From NCBI GenBank assembly GCA_041492755.1, contig JBGPXN010000028.1, positions 1 to 37,673 on the forward strand: a DNA stretch of 37,673 nucleotides, given 5' to 3'. Below, in pieces: positions 16,587 to 26,554 of the stretch. The translations under genes were made by a program, and so were the position numbers. The notes under the pieces are model-generated. The model did no database searches and was not told the origin of the DNA. It saw nothing but the letters and a program-made list of their open reading frames with translations. Every line of letters starts with the position of its first letter. The first letter of the stretch is position 1. This DNA is from Candidatus Methylomirabilia bacterium (lineage in GTDB: Bacteria; Methylomirabilota; Methylomirabilia; Rokubacteriales; CSP1-6).

Positions 16587-18920
16587 ATGGGTGAGTTCGG
16601 TATCGGACAGCCGGTCAAGCGGTTCGAGGATTCACGGCTTCTGCGCGGCCAGGGTCGGTTCCAGGAGGACGTGAACCTCTTGGGGCAGGTCCACGCGGTC
16701 GTCCTGCGATCGCCCCACGCTCACGCCCGCATCGTGGCCACGGACACCAGCACCGCCGAGCGCGCGCCCGGCGTCGTCGCGGTGTACACCGGCGCGGACG
16801 TCGCCCGGGACGGGCTCGGCACGATGCGCATGACGCTCAAGCGCACGCGGCCGGACGGCTCGCCGATGTTCTCGAAGCCGCATCGTGGTCTCACCGCCGA
16901 TCGCGTTCGCTTCGTGGGCGACCCGGTCGCGATGGTGATCGCGGAAACGATCACGCAGGCTCGCGACGCCGCCGAGCTCGTCCACATCGAGTACGCGCCG
17001 CTGCCGTCGGTGACGGCCACCCACGAAGCAACGGGGCCGGGTAGCCCCGCGGTCTGGGACGAGTGTCCGGACAACGTCTCCAACGTCTTCGAGGCCGGCG
17101 ACGCCGCCGCCACCGACGCGGCGTTTGCGCGCGCGGCCCGCGTCATCAAGCGGCGCTACGTCATCAGCCGGGTGTACGCCCAGTTCATGGAGCCGCGCGG
17201 GGCGCTCGGCGTGTGGGACCAGGGCGAGGAGCGCTACACCCTCTACGCCGACGTGCAGTATCCCCACCGGGTGCGGACTGTGCTGGCCACGAACATCTTC
17301 CGCGTGCCCGAGCACCAGGTCCGGGTGATCTCGGGAGACGTGGGCGGCGGTTTCGGGACCAAGGGCTGGCAGTACCCCGAGCACCGTCTCGTGCTGTGGG
17401 CGGCGCGAAAGCTGCGACGGCCCGTGAAGTGGACGTGCCCGCGTCACGAGGCGCTCCTGGCCGACGAGCACGCGCGCGACAACGTCACCGAGGCGGAGCT
17501 GGCGCTGGACGCCGACGGCCGCTTCCTCGCCCTGCGCGCGCGCACGCTCGCCAACGTCGGGGCCTACGTGTCGTCCGACCGGAACTTGCTCGCGACCTTT
17601 GCCAACGTCGGCACCCTCATCGGCGTATATGGGTTCCAGGCCGCCCACGTCCACGTCACCAGCGTGATGACCAACACGAGCGGCACCGCGCCCTATCGCG
17701 GGGCGGGGCGGCCCGAGGCGACCTACGTCGTCGAGCGGCTGATCGACGACGCCGCGCGCGAGCTCGGGATGGACCGCGTCGAGCTCCGCCGCAAGAACCT
17801 CATTCCATCGTCGGCGATGCCGTACAAGACCCCGCTTGGTCTCACCTACGACTGCGGCGAGTTCGCCCGGAGCATGGAGGAGGCGGTGAAGCTCGCCGAC
17901 GTCGCCGGCTTCCCGGCCCGGCGTCAAGCGGCCCAGCAGCGCGGCAAGCTCCGCGGCCTCGCCATCGTCAACGCGATCGAGAAGGCCGCGTCGCCGGGCG
18001 CCGAGTTCGCCGAGATCCGCTTCCACCCGAGCGGCGCCGCCACCATCCTCATGGGCAGCAAGAACCAGGGACAGGGGCACGAGACGACGTTCAAGCAGAT
18101 CCTCTACGAGCGCCTCGGCCTCGATCTCAAGGACGTCCGGTACATCGACGGCGACACCGAGCGCGTCGCCTTCGGCATCGGCACCAACGGCTCGCGCTCG
18201 ACCGTCATCGGCGGCACCGCGCTGTGGATGGCCGCCGACAAGGTGATCGCCAAGAGCCGCAAGATCGCCGCCCGGATGCTCGAGGCCGCCGAAGGGGACC
18301 TGGCCTTCGCCGACGGAAAGTTCAAGGTCGTTGGCACCGACCGAACCGTTGCCCTCCGTGACGTCGCCCGCGCCGCCTTCGAGCACGGCAAGCTGCCGCC
18401 GGGGGTGGAGCCCGGGCTCTACGAGACGGGCACGTTCGCTCCGAAGAGCGACACCTACCCCAACGGCTGCCACGTCTGTGAGGTGGAGATCGACGAGGCG
18501 ACGGGCGAGGTCACGCTGGTCGCCTACAACGTCGTGGACGACGTCGGCACCGTCATCAATCCGCTCACCCTCAAGGGCCAGATCCACGGCGGGCTCGCGC
18601 AGGGGATCGGCCAGGCGCTGATGGAGCAGGTCGTGTACGACCGCGAGTCCGGCCAGCTCCTGACCACGACGTTCATGGACTACGCGATCCCCCGCGCCGA
18701 CACGATGTGCGACGTGCACATCGAATCGAACCCGGTGCCGACCAAGCTCAATCCGCTGGGCGCCAAGGGCGCGGGCGAGGCCGGCACGGTGGGCGCGCTG
18801 CCGGCCGTCATCTGCGCCGTGCTCGACGCGCTGGCGCCCCTTGGGGTTCGCGACTTCGACATGCCGGCGACGAGCGAGCGCGTCTGGCGCGCCATCCAGG
18901 ACGCGCGCGCCGCGCGCTAG
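16587..18920 (+). CDS. Xanthine dehydrogenase/CoxL-like molybdopterin-binding large subunit (form II type)
   Basis: [36 protein letters not shown] and KGAGEAG motifs; lacks the form I AYXCSFR motif. Confidence 0.9.
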   Translation: MGEFGIGQPVKRFEDSRLLRGQGRFQEDVNLLGQVHAVVLRSPHAHARIVATDTSTAERAPGVVAVYTGADVARDGLGTMRMTLKRTRPDGSPMFSKPHRGLTADRVRFVGDPVAMVIAETITQARDAAELVHIEYAPLPSVTATHEATGPGSPAVWDECPDNVSNVFEAGDAAATDAAFARAARVIKRRYVISRVYAQFMEPRGALGVWDQGEERYTLYADVQYPHRVRTVLATNIFRVPEHQVRVISGDVGGGFGTKGWQYPEHRLVLWAARKLRRPVKWTCPRHEALLADEHARDNVTEAELALDADGRFLALRARTLANVGAYVSSDRNLLATFANVGTLIGVYGFQAAHVHVTSVMTNTSGTAPYRGAGRPEATYVVERLIDDAARELGMDRVELRRKNLIPSSAMPYKTPLGLTYDCGEFARSMEEAVKLADVAGFPARRQAAQQRGKLRGLAIVNAIEKAASPGAEFAEIRFHPSGAATILMGSKNQGQGHETTFKQILYERLGLDLKDVRYIDGDTERVAFGIGTNGSRSTVIGGTALWMAADKVIAKSRKIAARMLEAAEGDLAFADGKFKVVGTDRTVALRDVARAAFEHGKLPPGVEPGLYETGTFAPKSDTYPNGCHVCEVEIDEATGEVTLVAYNVVDDVGTVINPLTLKGQIHGGLAQGIGQALMEQVVYDRESGQLLTTTFMDYAIPRADTMCDVHIESNPVPTKLNPLGAKGAGEAGTVGALPAVICAVLDALAPLGVRDFDMPATSERVWRAIQDARAAR

Positions 18921-18934
18921 CCCCGCCCACCGTC

Positions 18935-20043
18935 GTGCGCATCCACAGTGTCGAGGCGATCGCGGTCGACATCCCGCTGAAGAAGAACTTCGGCGGGAGC
19001 ACCTACGCCGTCCTCAAGCGCTCCACCGTCGTCACCCGCCTGCGGACGGACGACGGCGCCGTCAGCGAGGTCTACAACGGCGACAACCGCGAGCACGGCC
19101 GCGAGATCGTACGCCTCATCCACGAAGAGCTCGCCCCGCGCGTCAAGGGCATGAGCATCTTCGAGAGCGAGCGGATCTGGGAAGCCATGTTCGCGCTGAG
19201 CCACACCAACCGCGATCGCAAGACGCTGCTGGAGGCCATCGCCTGCGTCGACTGCGCGGTCTGGGACCTCGTCGGCAAGGCGCTCGGCAAGAGCGTCTGC
19301 GAGCTGCTCGGCGGCTATCGGCGCCGGCTGCCGATCATCTCCATCGGCGGCTACTACATGGAGGGCAAGACGCTGGCCGACATCGGCCGCGAGATGGAGG
19401 CGTACCGCAAGGCCGGCATGGCCGGCTGCAAGTTCAAGGTCGGCGGCCGACGCCCGAGCAAGACGCCGAGCGTGTGGAGACCGCCCGTCGGGCCGCCGGC
19501 GCCGACTTCATCCTCGCCGTGGACGCGAACCGCGGCTGGCCGGCGAACGACGCCATCCGCTTCGCACGACTCGTGGAGCCTCTCGACATCCGCTGGTTCG
19601 AGGAGCCGTGCCACTGGTACGACGACGCCGCGCTGATGGCGCGCGTGCGGCAGTCGATACGCATTCCGGTCACCGCCGGGCAGTCGGAAATCACCAGCCA
19701 CGGCATCCGCCGCCTGGTCGACGCCGGAGCCGTCGACTTCGTGAACTACGACGTGTCGGAGGGTGGCGGCGTCACCGACTGGCGCCGGGCCGCCGCGCTC
19801 TGCCACGCCGCCGGCGTCGAGATGGCGCACCACGAGGAATCGCAGATCGCCCGCCAGCTCCTGGCCGCGATCCCCCACGGCACCTACGCCGAGTGTTTCG
19901 CCGATCCCGAGCGCGATCCGGTGTGGCAAACGATGTGGGCCAACCGCCCGGCGGTGAAGGACGGGATGTTCGACGTCGGCGACGATCCGGGCTTCGGGTT
20001 GATACTCGACACGGGCATATTGCGGAAGTACCGAGTTGGCTAG
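18935..20043 (+). CDS. Mandelate racemase/muconate lactonizing enzyme family protein, frameshifted near 19448
   Basis: N-half (AIACVDCAVWDLVGK, KFKVGG) is in the 18707 frame; C-half (VDANRGW, WFEEP, GGVT) is in the 18841 frame. One base is missing at GGCGGCCGACGCCC. Confidence 0.82.
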
Positions 20044-20069
20044 GCAACCCGCTGGGGCTCTCCCGCCTC

Positions 20070-20441
20070 TTGAGTCGTCGGCGCTGGACAGCTGCTGCTG
20101 GTTTTGTCGGATTCGTCGTCTCATATCCTCTCCTGGTCGCAATCGTCAGTGAGATTTCTGACGACCGTCTACGACTTTGGCCAGCGATACCCTTGTCCTC
20201 TATAGCGCCGATTTGGCTGTTCGTGGCCTTTTTCATCATCAGAGCCGCCAAGTCAGAGAAGCGAACTCGAGACCCATCTCAACCGCCGCAGGGGTGGCAT
20301 GAGCACCCGACAGCTGACACGACGCGTGCTTCGCTTAGTGAGAGACGAAACCCGTTCAACGGGTTTCAAGCGAGCGGCGAATCTCGCGACGGTGATTGGC
20401 GTTCTCGTGACGGCAGTGAGCGTGATCGTCTCGAACTGTAA
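20070..20441 (+). CDS. Possible small two-TM membrane protein or remnant in the lower-GC islet
   Basis: Two hydrophobic stretches (AAAGFVGFVVSYPLLVAIV and IAPIWLFVAFFII); TTG start; overlaps the next ORF. Confidence 0.3.
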   Translation: MSRRRWTAAAGFVGFVVSYPLLVAIVSEISDDRLRLWPAIPLSSIAPIWLFVAFFIIRAAKSEKRTRDPSQPPQGWHEHPTADTTRASLSERRNPFNGFQASGESRDGDWRSRDGSERDRLEL

Positions 20442-21176
20442 CACCCAGACGCAGCTAGAACTCGCGACGCGGCCCTACCTAATCGTCACAGATGTGACGT
20501 GGTCAATGCCGTCGGTTGTCAGCGGCGATGTTGGACTTGCTGTCGCGATCACACTCAACAACACGGGAGAGAAACCAGCGCGATCCGTACACATACGAAA
20601 GGATTTTGTGGACGGATCGAAGCTACCCGCCATCGCGAGCGTCTCTCTGCGATGTCGATTCCCAGCGAAACGCTGAATCCTGAACAGAATCGGTTTTGGG
20701 AAGACTACATCGCCTACCGAGCCTTGCCGGTTCATGAAGTTGCGGCATTCTTCCGGCGAGCTTGGCGTCCAGAGATTTCAGAGAGGACGATTGAGCGCAA
20801 CTTTAACCAGAAATGGCGAGGCAAGGACTATATCTGCGAGGTTTACGGCCCAGTTGAGTGGTCTCAGCGTCGCACCCTGCCGCCCGGGGTACACCCCGCT
20901 GCTATTAGATTGACTCGCTCCATCTCACGGAGCCGTGATGACCTCACGAAGCCAGGAGGAGACATCTGCTTCGTCTATGCGCTCATCGAATATCGCGCCC
21001 TATTGCCGAACAAAAACTACGAGCTGCACTTTATTGGTTTCTTCGACGGCATGCGGCATCGCGATCAGGTGCTCCATGAATATGAGGCATGGGACGAGCA
21101 GGACGCGGCCAGACATGGAACCACGCCTGACGTCCGTCAGCCGGATTCGACCCGCGACGGCGCGAGCCGGCGTTAA
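20299..21176 (+). CDS. Membrane-anchored hypothetical protein, apparently frameshifted at about 20600-20650
   Basis: TM helix then RPYLIV...ITLNNTGEKPA in the 20299 frame, continuing plausibly as ...LPPG...FVYALIEY...Y in the 20499 frame; atypical codon usage. Confidence 0.45.
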
Positions 21177-21219
21177 AACCCCGCGGAGATCAACGCGCAA
21201 CGAGGAAAGGCGTCATCTG

Positions 21220-22689
21220 ATGGCCCGTCGCAAGATCGTCATCGCGATGATGATGCACGAGACGAACACGTTCTCTCCGGTGCCGACACCGCTGGAGTCG
21301 TTCCGGCCCCTGGCCGGGGAAGCCGCCATTGCCGAGTTCAAGGGCACCAACACTCAGCTCGGTGGCTTCCTCGAGGTGGCGCAGCGGATGGGCGCCGAGA
21401 TCGTCGTGCCGTTCGCGGGCGGCGCGCATCCCTCCGGCTACGTCGAAAAGCGCGCGTACGAGGACATGTGCGACGCGATCGTCGGCGGCATCCGCGGCGG
21501 CGCCGACGCCGCGTTCCTCGCCCTGCACGGGGCCATGGTGGCCGAGCACGTCGACGACGGCGAGGGCGAGCTCCTGCGCCGCATCCGCGCGGAGGCGCCG
21601 CGCCTGCCGATCGCGGTCGGTCTCGACTTCCACACCCAGCTCACCGCCGCCATGCTCGAGAACGCGACCGTCATCACGGGCTATCGCACCTACCCGCACA
21701 TCGACATGGCCGACACCGCCCAGCGCGCCGCCCGCACGCTCGTGCGCGCCCTCGACGGCGAGGTGAGGCCGCTCATGGTGTGGGGCGTGCGGCCGATGCT
21801 CACCAGCACGCTCGCCCACACGCCCTCGCGCCAGCCGATGAAGGACGTGATGGACATGGCCATCGACGCCGAGACGCGCGGCGTCGTCCTGAACGCCTCG
21901 GTGCTCGGCGGCTTTCCGCAGTCGGACATCCCGCACCTGTCGTGCTCCGCGGTCGTGGTGTGCGACGGCCGGATCGATCAGGGGCAGGCGCTGCTCGACC
22001 GGATGCTCGATCTGGCCTGGGAGCGCCGCGCGGACTTTCTCTACCGGGGCGCGCCGCTCGCTTCGCAGATCGCGCACGCTCGCACCCTCGGCGACGGCCC
22101 GATCGTCCTGGTCGACCACGGTGACAACACCGCGTCCGGCGGCACCCAGGACGTGATGCGCGTGGTGGCCGAGGTGATGAAGCAGGGGCTCGACGACGTG
22201 GTGGCCGGGCCGATCTGCGATCCGGCCGCCGTCGCGCGCATCGTGGCCGCGGGCACCGCGGCCAGCGTGACGCTTGACCTCGGCGGCCGCATCGACATGC
22301 CACAGCTCAACCTCAAAGGGCGGCCGCTGCCGGTCACCGGCAAGGTCGCGCGCATCACCGACGGCGAGTTCGTGGTCACCGGTCCGATGGCCACGGGCAC
22401 GCGGATCCGGATGGGGCGCACGGCCGTGCTCGACACCGGCGCCATGCAGATCGTGATCGCGGAGCGGCGCAGCGAGCCGTTCGACCTCGGCGTGTTCACC
22501 CACGCCGGGATCGATCCACGCCGCCGGCGCTACGTGCTCATCAAGTCCCGCCAGCACTTCCGGGCCGGCTTCGAGCCGATCGCGCGCCACATCGTGCTGT
22601 GCGACGGCGACGGCGTCACCAGCTCCGACCTCACCCTGTTCGACTATCGCAAGCGCCGCCGCCCGCTCTACCCGTTCGAGCAGATCTGA
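21220..22689 (+). CDS. M81 family metallopeptidase (MlrC-like)
   Basis: HETNTFS, LHGAMV, LDFH, YRTYPHID, DNTASGG and KSRQHFRA motifs. Confidence 0.9.
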   Translation: MARRKIVIAMMMHETNTFSPVPTPLESFRPLAGEAAIAEFKGTNTQLGGFLEVAQRMGAEIVVPFAGGAHPSGYVEKRAYEDMCDAIVGGIRGGADAAFLALHGAMVAEHVDDGEGELLRRIRAEAPRLPIAVGLDFHTQLTAAMLENATVITGYRTYPHIDMADTAQRAARTLVRALDGEVRPLMVWGVRPMLTSTLAHTPSRQPMKDVMDMAIDAETRGVVLNASVLGGFPQSDIPHLSCSAVVVCDGRIDQGQALLDRMLDLAWERRADFLYRGAPLASQIAHARTLGDGPIVLVDHGDNTASGGTQDVMRVVAEVMKQGLDDVVAGPICDPAAVARIVAAGTAASVTLDLGGRIDMPQLNLKGRPLPVTGKVARITDGEFVVTGPMATGTRIRMGRTAVLDTGAMQIVIAERRSEPFDLGVFTHAGIDPRRRRYVLIKSRQHFRAGFEPIARHIVLCDGDGVTSSDLTLFDYRKRRRPLYPFEQI

Positions 22690-22696
22690 GCGCCTC

Positions 22697-22876
22697 ATGA
22701 CGTACGGCTGCGCGTTCTGCGGCGAGGAGAACGAGCTGGTGCTCGACCCGAGCGCCGGTCGTCGCCAGCGCTTCACCGAAGACTGCACGGTCTGCTGTCG
22801 CCCGAACCTCATCACGCTGACGTTCGATCGAAACGGCGAGGCCGTCGTCGAGGTCAGTCAGGAGTACGAAGCGTGA
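22697..22876 (+). CDS. Small CPXCG-type cysteine-rich protein, 59 aa (absent from the ORF track)
   Basis: Hand translation: MTYGCAFCGEENELVLDPSAGRRQRFTEDCTVCCRPNLITLTFDRNGEAVVEVSQEYEA. Confidence 0.85.
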   Translation: MTYGCAFCGEENELVLDPSAGRRQRFTEDCTVCCRPNLITLTFDRNGEAVVEVSQEYEA

Positions 22877-22973
22877 GACTCAGCTCACCATGCTATCTCC
22901 GGCGTTGCCGATCATACTCGGCCGCCGGCCCGCGCGGTCACTCCCCGTCCGGACGACTGCCGGCGCGGCGCGA

Positions 22974-24212
22974 TCAGGACGACGGCCGCCGGCGGCGCGA
23001 CGAGGCCAGGACGAAGAGCGCCCAGCTCGCGAGCACGATGATCGGGGCGGCGCCGAACGACACGGCGTACGAGCCGGTGAGGTCGTAAAGGAATCCCGCG
23101 GCCGCGGGGCCGGCGGCGGCGCCGGAGCGCCAGCCGAGCGAGAGGATGCCCATGATCGCGCCGAGCGCGCCCATGCCGAACACGTCGGGAATGGCCTTCA
23201 CAAACATGGTGTCGGTGGCCGCGAAGCCCGCTCCGAAGACCGCCAGCGCGAGCAGCAGCGCCTGGTACGAGGGCGCCCAAAGCAGCGCGAGGAGCCCGAG
23301 CAGCTGGACGACGTAACCGGCTCGAAGGGTCGTGAGCGCGCCCACCCGATCGGAGAGCGCCCCCGCGGTGAGCCGCCCGGTCATGGAGCCCAGCCCGTAC
23401 GCGGTGAGGGCCAGCGATGCGGCGGCCAGACTGATGCCCTGGTCGCGCGCGAAGGGCACGATGTGGACGTTGATCATGAACGTCAGACCGCCGAGAAGGA
23501 GCCACGAGAGGTTCAGGACCCACTGGCGGAAGTCGGCCAGCGCTTGACCGAGCGTCACGCTGACGACGGGGGCCGACACGGAGCCGCCGCTCATGGCGTG
23601 CGCGCCCGCGGCAGCTCCGCCCCCGCGAATCGCCTTCGCCTCCTCCGGCCGCGGCAAGCGCACCGTCAGCGCGGCAAGCATGGCGATCAGCCCGCCGCCG
23701 CCGCCGAGCAGCGCATAGGCGGCGCGCCAGCCGACGTGCGCGATAAGCCAGGCGGCGAGCGGGCCGGCAGAGATGTACGCCACGTTGAAGCCGATCAGCA
23801 CGAGGGCGAGGGCCAGGCCGCGGCGCTCCTCGAACCACCGGGCCACCGTGGAGGCGCTCAGCAGGTAGAACGTCGACATGCCCACGCCGCCCATGACACC
23901 GACGAGCAGGTAGAGCTGCCACAACGCGCTGACCGTCGAGACGCAGCCGAAGGCGACCCCCGCCATGACCACGGTGACCACGAGCACGCCCCGCGGCCCG
24001 TGACGATCGGCGAGCGCGCCCAGCGCGAACCCGGCGACGCCGCCCAGCAACAGGTTGATCGACAGCGCCGTCGAGATGGCGCCGCGGGTCCAGCCGAAGG
24101 TCTCCGCGAGCACGGGCAGGAAGACGCCGTACGCGGCGAGCGGCACCGAGATGGCCGACGTGACCACGAACAGCGCGAGGACGATCAGCCACCGGCGGGT
24201 CGTGGCAGGCAC
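22974..24212 (-). CDS. MFS transporter (OFA/MCT-like)
   Basis: About 12 TM segments; GALADRHGPR, WFEERRGLA, GALSDRVG and YDLTGSY motifs. Confidence 0.9.
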   Translation of the reverse strand: MPATTRRWLIVLALFVVTSAISVPLAAYGVFLPVLAETFGWTRGAISTALSINLLLGGVAGFALGALADRHGPRGVLVVTVVMAGVAFGCVSTVSALWQLYLLVGVMGGVGMSTFYLLSASTVARWFEERRGLALALVLIGFNVAYISAGPLAAWLIAHVGWRAAYALLGGGGGLIAMLAALTVRLPRPEEAKAIRGGGAAAGAHAMSGGSVSAPVVSVTLGQALADFRQWVLNLSWLLLGGLTFMINVHIVPFARDQGISLAAASLALTAYGLGSMTGRLTAGALSDRVGALTTLRAGYVVQLLGLLALLWAPSYQALLLALAVFGAGFAATDTMFVKAIPDVFGMGALGAIMGILSLGWRSGAAAGPAAAGFLYDLTGSYAVSFGAAPIIVLASWALFVLASSRRRRPSS

Positions 24213-24279
24213 CCGAGATTGGTACCACAGCCGTCTCCTTCGCGCTCAAGTCCGTCGGGGTTTTTGCCGACAACAGGGT

Positions 24280-26313
24280 GTGAGCACACGTCTGATCCAC
24301 CAAGCCTTCCGTACGCTCGGAGAGCATCTGCACGCCGCCATCCCGGAAGGGCGCCCGCTCGCCGAGGATGTGTGGCGAAAGCGCCATCGCGGGATCGTGG
24401 TGCTGGTGTGGCTGCACGCCGTCGGGATCGGCGTGTTCGCCGTCGTGGCCGGCTTCGACGTCCAGCACAGCCTGCTGGAGGCCGGGGTCGTGGCCGTGGC
24501 CGCCGCGCTGGCGGGGCTGGGCCGCGGCCGCCGAAAGCTGCGCAGCGCCCTCGCCTGCTTCGGACTGATGACGTCGTCGGCGCTCCTGGTGCACCTCTCC
24601 GGCGGCTACATCGAATTCCACTTCCACTTCTTCGTGATGGTCGGATTGATGGCGCTGTATCAGGATTGGGCGACGTTCCTGCTCGCCGTCAGCTACGTCG
24701 TGGTCCACCACGGCGTCGTCGGCGTGCTGGACCCGCGGTCCGTCTACAACCACGCCGCGGCCTGGAACGCTCCCTGGTTCTGGGCCGGGGTGCACGGCAC
24801 GTTCATCCTGGCCATGAGCATCGTGAGTCTGTTCACCTGGCGACTGAACGAGGCCGCGCTCGCGCGGACCCAGCTCATCCTCGACTCCACCGCCGAGGGT
24901 ATCTTCGGCGTGGACGTCGAAGGCCGCACGATCTTCGTCAACCTCGCCGCCACCCGAATGCTCGGGTGGAAGGCCGCCGAGTTGATGGGCCGGCCGGTGG
25001 CGGCGCTCGTCGCGGACGGATTCCGGGCCGGGCCGGGCGAATCCGGCGAGGCGGACTTCCGCGGTCGGGACGGGCACGTCTTTCCCGTAGAGTACGTGAG
25101 CAGCGAGATCCGCGAGCGCAACGCCGTGGTCGGCACCGTCGTCGCGTTCAAGGACATCACGGAGCGGCGGCGGACGGCCGAGGCGCTCCGGCAGGCGGAG
25201 GCCCAGTTCCGGCAGGCGCAGAAGATGGAAGCGGTCGGCCAGCTCGCCGGCGGTATCGCCCACGACTTCAACAACCTGCTCACCGTCATCATCGGCCACG
25301 CCCAGCTTCTGCGCCGCCGCCTCACCCACGCCGCCGATCTCAACGATCTGGAGATGATCACGAGCACGAGCGACCGGGCGGCGGCGTTGACGCGGCGGCT
25401 CCTCGCGTTCGGACGCAAGCAGATCCTCCAGCCGCGGGTCCAGGACCTGCGCGGCGTCGTGTCCAGCATGGTCAGCATGCTGAAACGGCTCATCGGCGAG
25501 CACATCGAGCTGGTGACCGTGGCCGATACCGTGGCCACCTGGGTGAAGGTCGACGCGACCCAGCTCGAACAGGTGATTCTCAACCTCGCCGTCAACGCCC
25601 GCGACGCCATGCCCAACGGGGGGTCGTTCACGATCGACGTTCGCAATGTCCCTGGTCCGCCCGCCGCCGTGCTCCTCGTCGTCAAGGACACGGGCTGCGG
25701 AATGGATGCGGAGACGCAGGCCCACATCTTCGAGCCGTTCTTCTCGACGAAGGGGCCCGGCAACGGGACGGGGCTCGGGCTGGCCACGGTCTACGGCATC
25801 GTCCAGCAGCACGACGGGACGATCGAAGTGGAGACGGCGCCGGGCGCCGGCACGACGTTCCGGATCACGTTGCCACGCGCGGACGCGCCCGCGGACGACG
25901 GCGCCGGCGAACGGCCGCGCCCGCGGAGGCTGACCGGACGGGAGACGATCCTGCTCGTCGAGGACGACGATGGGGTACGTCGCCTCGCGCGCGATATCCT
26001 CAAGACCCACGGGTACACCGTCCTCGCGGCCGGCGGTCCCGTCGACGCGCTCAGCGTCGCCGAGGAGCACGCCGGGCCCATTCACGCGCTGGTCACCGAC
26101 GTCATCATGCCGGCGATGAGCGGTCGCGAGCTGGCCACGCGGCTCGTCGGTCCGCGGCCGGAGATGCGGGCGGTCTACATGTCGGGCTACCCGGGCCAGG
26201 TGATCGCCAGTCACGGCGTCCTCGAGGGCGACACGGTATTCGTGCAGAAGCCCTTCACGATCGAGGCGCTCACCGGCGCCGTCCGGGAGGCGCTCGACAC
26301 CGAAGCGCGGTAG
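24280..26313 (+). CDS. Hybrid sensor histidine kinase (His-rich TM sensor, PAS, HisKA/HATPase, receiver)
   Basis: AGGIAHDFNNLL, NARDAM, GTGLGL, ILLVEDD and DVIMP motifs; N-terminal TM region with EFHFHFF and HH. Confidence 0.9.
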   Translation: MSTRLIHQAFRTLGEHLHAAIPEGRPLAEDVWRKRHRGIVVLVWLHAVGIGVFAVVAGFDVQHSLLEAGVVAVAAALAGLGRGRRKLRSALACFGLMTSSALLVHLSGGYIEFHFHFFVMVGLMALYQDWATFLLAVSYVVVHHGVVGVLDPRSVYNHAAAWNAPWFWAGVHGTFILAMSIVSLFTWRLNEAALARTQLILDSTAEGIFGVDVEGRTIFVNLAATRMLGWKAAELMGRPVAALVADGFRAGPGESGEADFRGRDGHVFPVEYVSSEIRERNAVVGTVVAFKDITERRRTAEALRQAEAQFRQAQKMEAVGQLAGGIAHDFNNLLTVIIGHAQLLRRRLTHAADLNDLEMITSTSDRAAALTRRLLAFGRKQILQPRVQDLRGVVSSMVSMLKRLIGEHIELVTVADTVATWVKVDATQLEQVILNLAVNARDAMPNGGSFTIDVRNVPGPPAAVLLVVKDTGCGMDAETQAHIFEPFFSTKGPGNGTGLGLATVYGIVQQHDGTIEVETAPGAGTTFRITLPRADAPADDGAGERPRPRRLTGRETILLVEDDDGVRRLARDILKTHGYTVLAAGGPVDALSVAEEHAGPIHALVTDVIMPAMSGRELATRLVGPRPEMRAVYMSGYPGQVIASHGVLEGDTVFVQKPFTIEALTGAVREALDTEAR

Positions 26314-26505
26314 CCCGGGCCGGCCGGATGGTGGCGGGTATGGTACACGCCCCAGCCCTACGCCGAGCCGCTCGACCTCACCGCGCCCGTGGACGAGATC
26401 ATGCGGCTGACGGAAGCGGAGTGCCGGAATCGCCCGGGGTTCAAGACCCGGGAGGAATGGAGCGGCGACCTGGCGCGCCGGCTGGAGAAGAGCGCCACGA
26501 GCTAG
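26314..26505 (+). pseudogene. Probable C-terminal gene remnant, in frame after the kinase stop codon
   Basis: Open frame with genome-typical codons: ...WYTPQPYAEPLDLTAPVDEIMRLTEAECRNRPGFKTREEWSGDLARRLEKSATS*; no good start or RBS. Confidence 0.35.
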
Positions 26506-26554
26506 ACGAGCATCCGGATCGTAGATCCCCTCCCTGCGCGGGGGGCCTCGGCGC

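Noticed and set aside
16587..18920. Aerobic CO dehydrogenase (form I)
   Set aside because: The active-site loop is YRGAGR rather than AYXCSFR, and there are no cox accessory genes.
19440..19460. Programmed ribosomal frameshift
   Set aside because: No slippery sequence or stimulatory structure; a simple indel explains it.
21220..22689. Microcystin degradation cluster
   Set aside because: Only the widespread M81/MlrC family gene is present; no mlrA, mlrB or mlrD.
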